NCBI GenBank assembly: GCA_963837195.1 | Contig: CAWIMO010000006.1 | Span: 526,798 to 590,797 of the forward strand | Length of the DNA stretch: 64,000 nucleotides | Source: Vulcanimicrobiota bacterium | GTDB lineage: Bacteria > Vulcanimicrobiota > Vulcanimicrobiia > Vulcanimicrobiales > Vulcanimicrobiaceae | Direction: 5' to 3' | Part shown: positions 63,645 through 64,000 of the stretch, in pieces | How positions within the stretch are numbered: position 1 is the stretch's first letter | How the letters are laid out: every line of letters starts with the position of its first letter | Position numbers and translations under genes: made by a program | Notes under the pieces: model-generated | Seen by the model: only the letters and a program-made list of their open reading frames with translations | The model's database searches: none | What the model was told of the DNA's origin: nothing

Positions 63645-64000
63645 CTATGCGCGACACCAAGCCAGGCAAGGAGCGATTTCGCTAAACGACTCTACTCCTG
63701 CAGATCTCATAGCATCCACTAAAGACGGTTGTACGAAATCCCCGTCCTCCGAGAAAAATGCCATTCTGGCTACCGGGTTCCGCTGTGCGTCATCGATGAC
63801 TGAACCCGCGATCATGTCGTCCGTCGGATCAGAAAGATAGCTGAGCTGGCTACGATCCAAGATGCTTGGCGATGACCCAATCAGTTGAGCTCGTGCAGCC
63901 GTTTCGCGAACGACATCGACCAAACGTTGCTCCGACTCGGCCAAGTAACCTACGAGCGCTGCATCAGCCGCGGCCAATGCCCGAGCATACTCCTGCGCGT
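63645..64000 (-). CDS. Hypothetical protein, 3' part (frame stays open to the window edge); lower GC
   Basis: In-frame codons upstream of the TTG at 63977 (AQEYARAL...) contain no stop, so the gene probably starts beyond 64000. Confidence 0.4.
   Translation of the reverse strand, partial: AQEYARALAAADAALVGYLAESEQRLVDVVRETAARAQLIGSSPSILDRSQLSYLSDPTDDMIAGSVIDDAQRNPVARMAFFSEDGDFVQPSLVDAMRSAGVESFSEIAPCLAWCRA

Overview
High-GC (by eye about 65-70%) bacterial chromosomal segment, probably from an uncultured lineage; I cannot assign a taxon from sequence alone. Core metabolism: purine genes (purF, purM, purN-fusion, purD), thrC-thrB, hom-metY-metX, panB, bluB and pepA. Alongside are many envelope, secreted and membrane proteins, regulators (HxlR, LuxR, STAS, two PP2C phosphatases) and a RES-Xre toxin-antitoxin pair. 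Main observations: (1) a 25-codon leader ORF with 11 consecutive Thr codons plus a terminator directly upstream of thrC, a classic ribosome-mediated attenuator; a second terminator-containing leader lies before hom-metY-metX. (2) A lower-GC, translationally coupled six-gene operon (28.6-33.0 kb) of uncharacterised secreted, lipo- and membrane proteins, led by a protein with an LRAT/permuted-NlpC-P60-like His...Cys signature; this is the best candidate for an undescribed system. (3) Three tandem paralogous lipoprotein genes of about 740-760 aa (11.6-18.5 kb) with a mosaic conserved-5'/diverged-3' pattern; the third copy is disrupted. (4) A dispersed 35-45 nt repeat family (GTCATCCCGAGCGTAGCGAAGCGTAGTCGAGGGAC and variants) with at least 14 copies, all in the same orientation. 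Some copies supply stop codons or C-terminal tails to genes, and one sits in-frame inside a coding region. (5) An unusually high density of decayed genes. (6) A Cheo-type LexA box inside the promoter of an SplB/Rv2578c-like radical SAM gene. (7) A 72-74 nt tRNA-like element with a G3:U70 acceptor stem. No CRISPR array, rRNA, transposase or integrase was seen. All calls come from reading the sequence and ORF translations; no database search was run.
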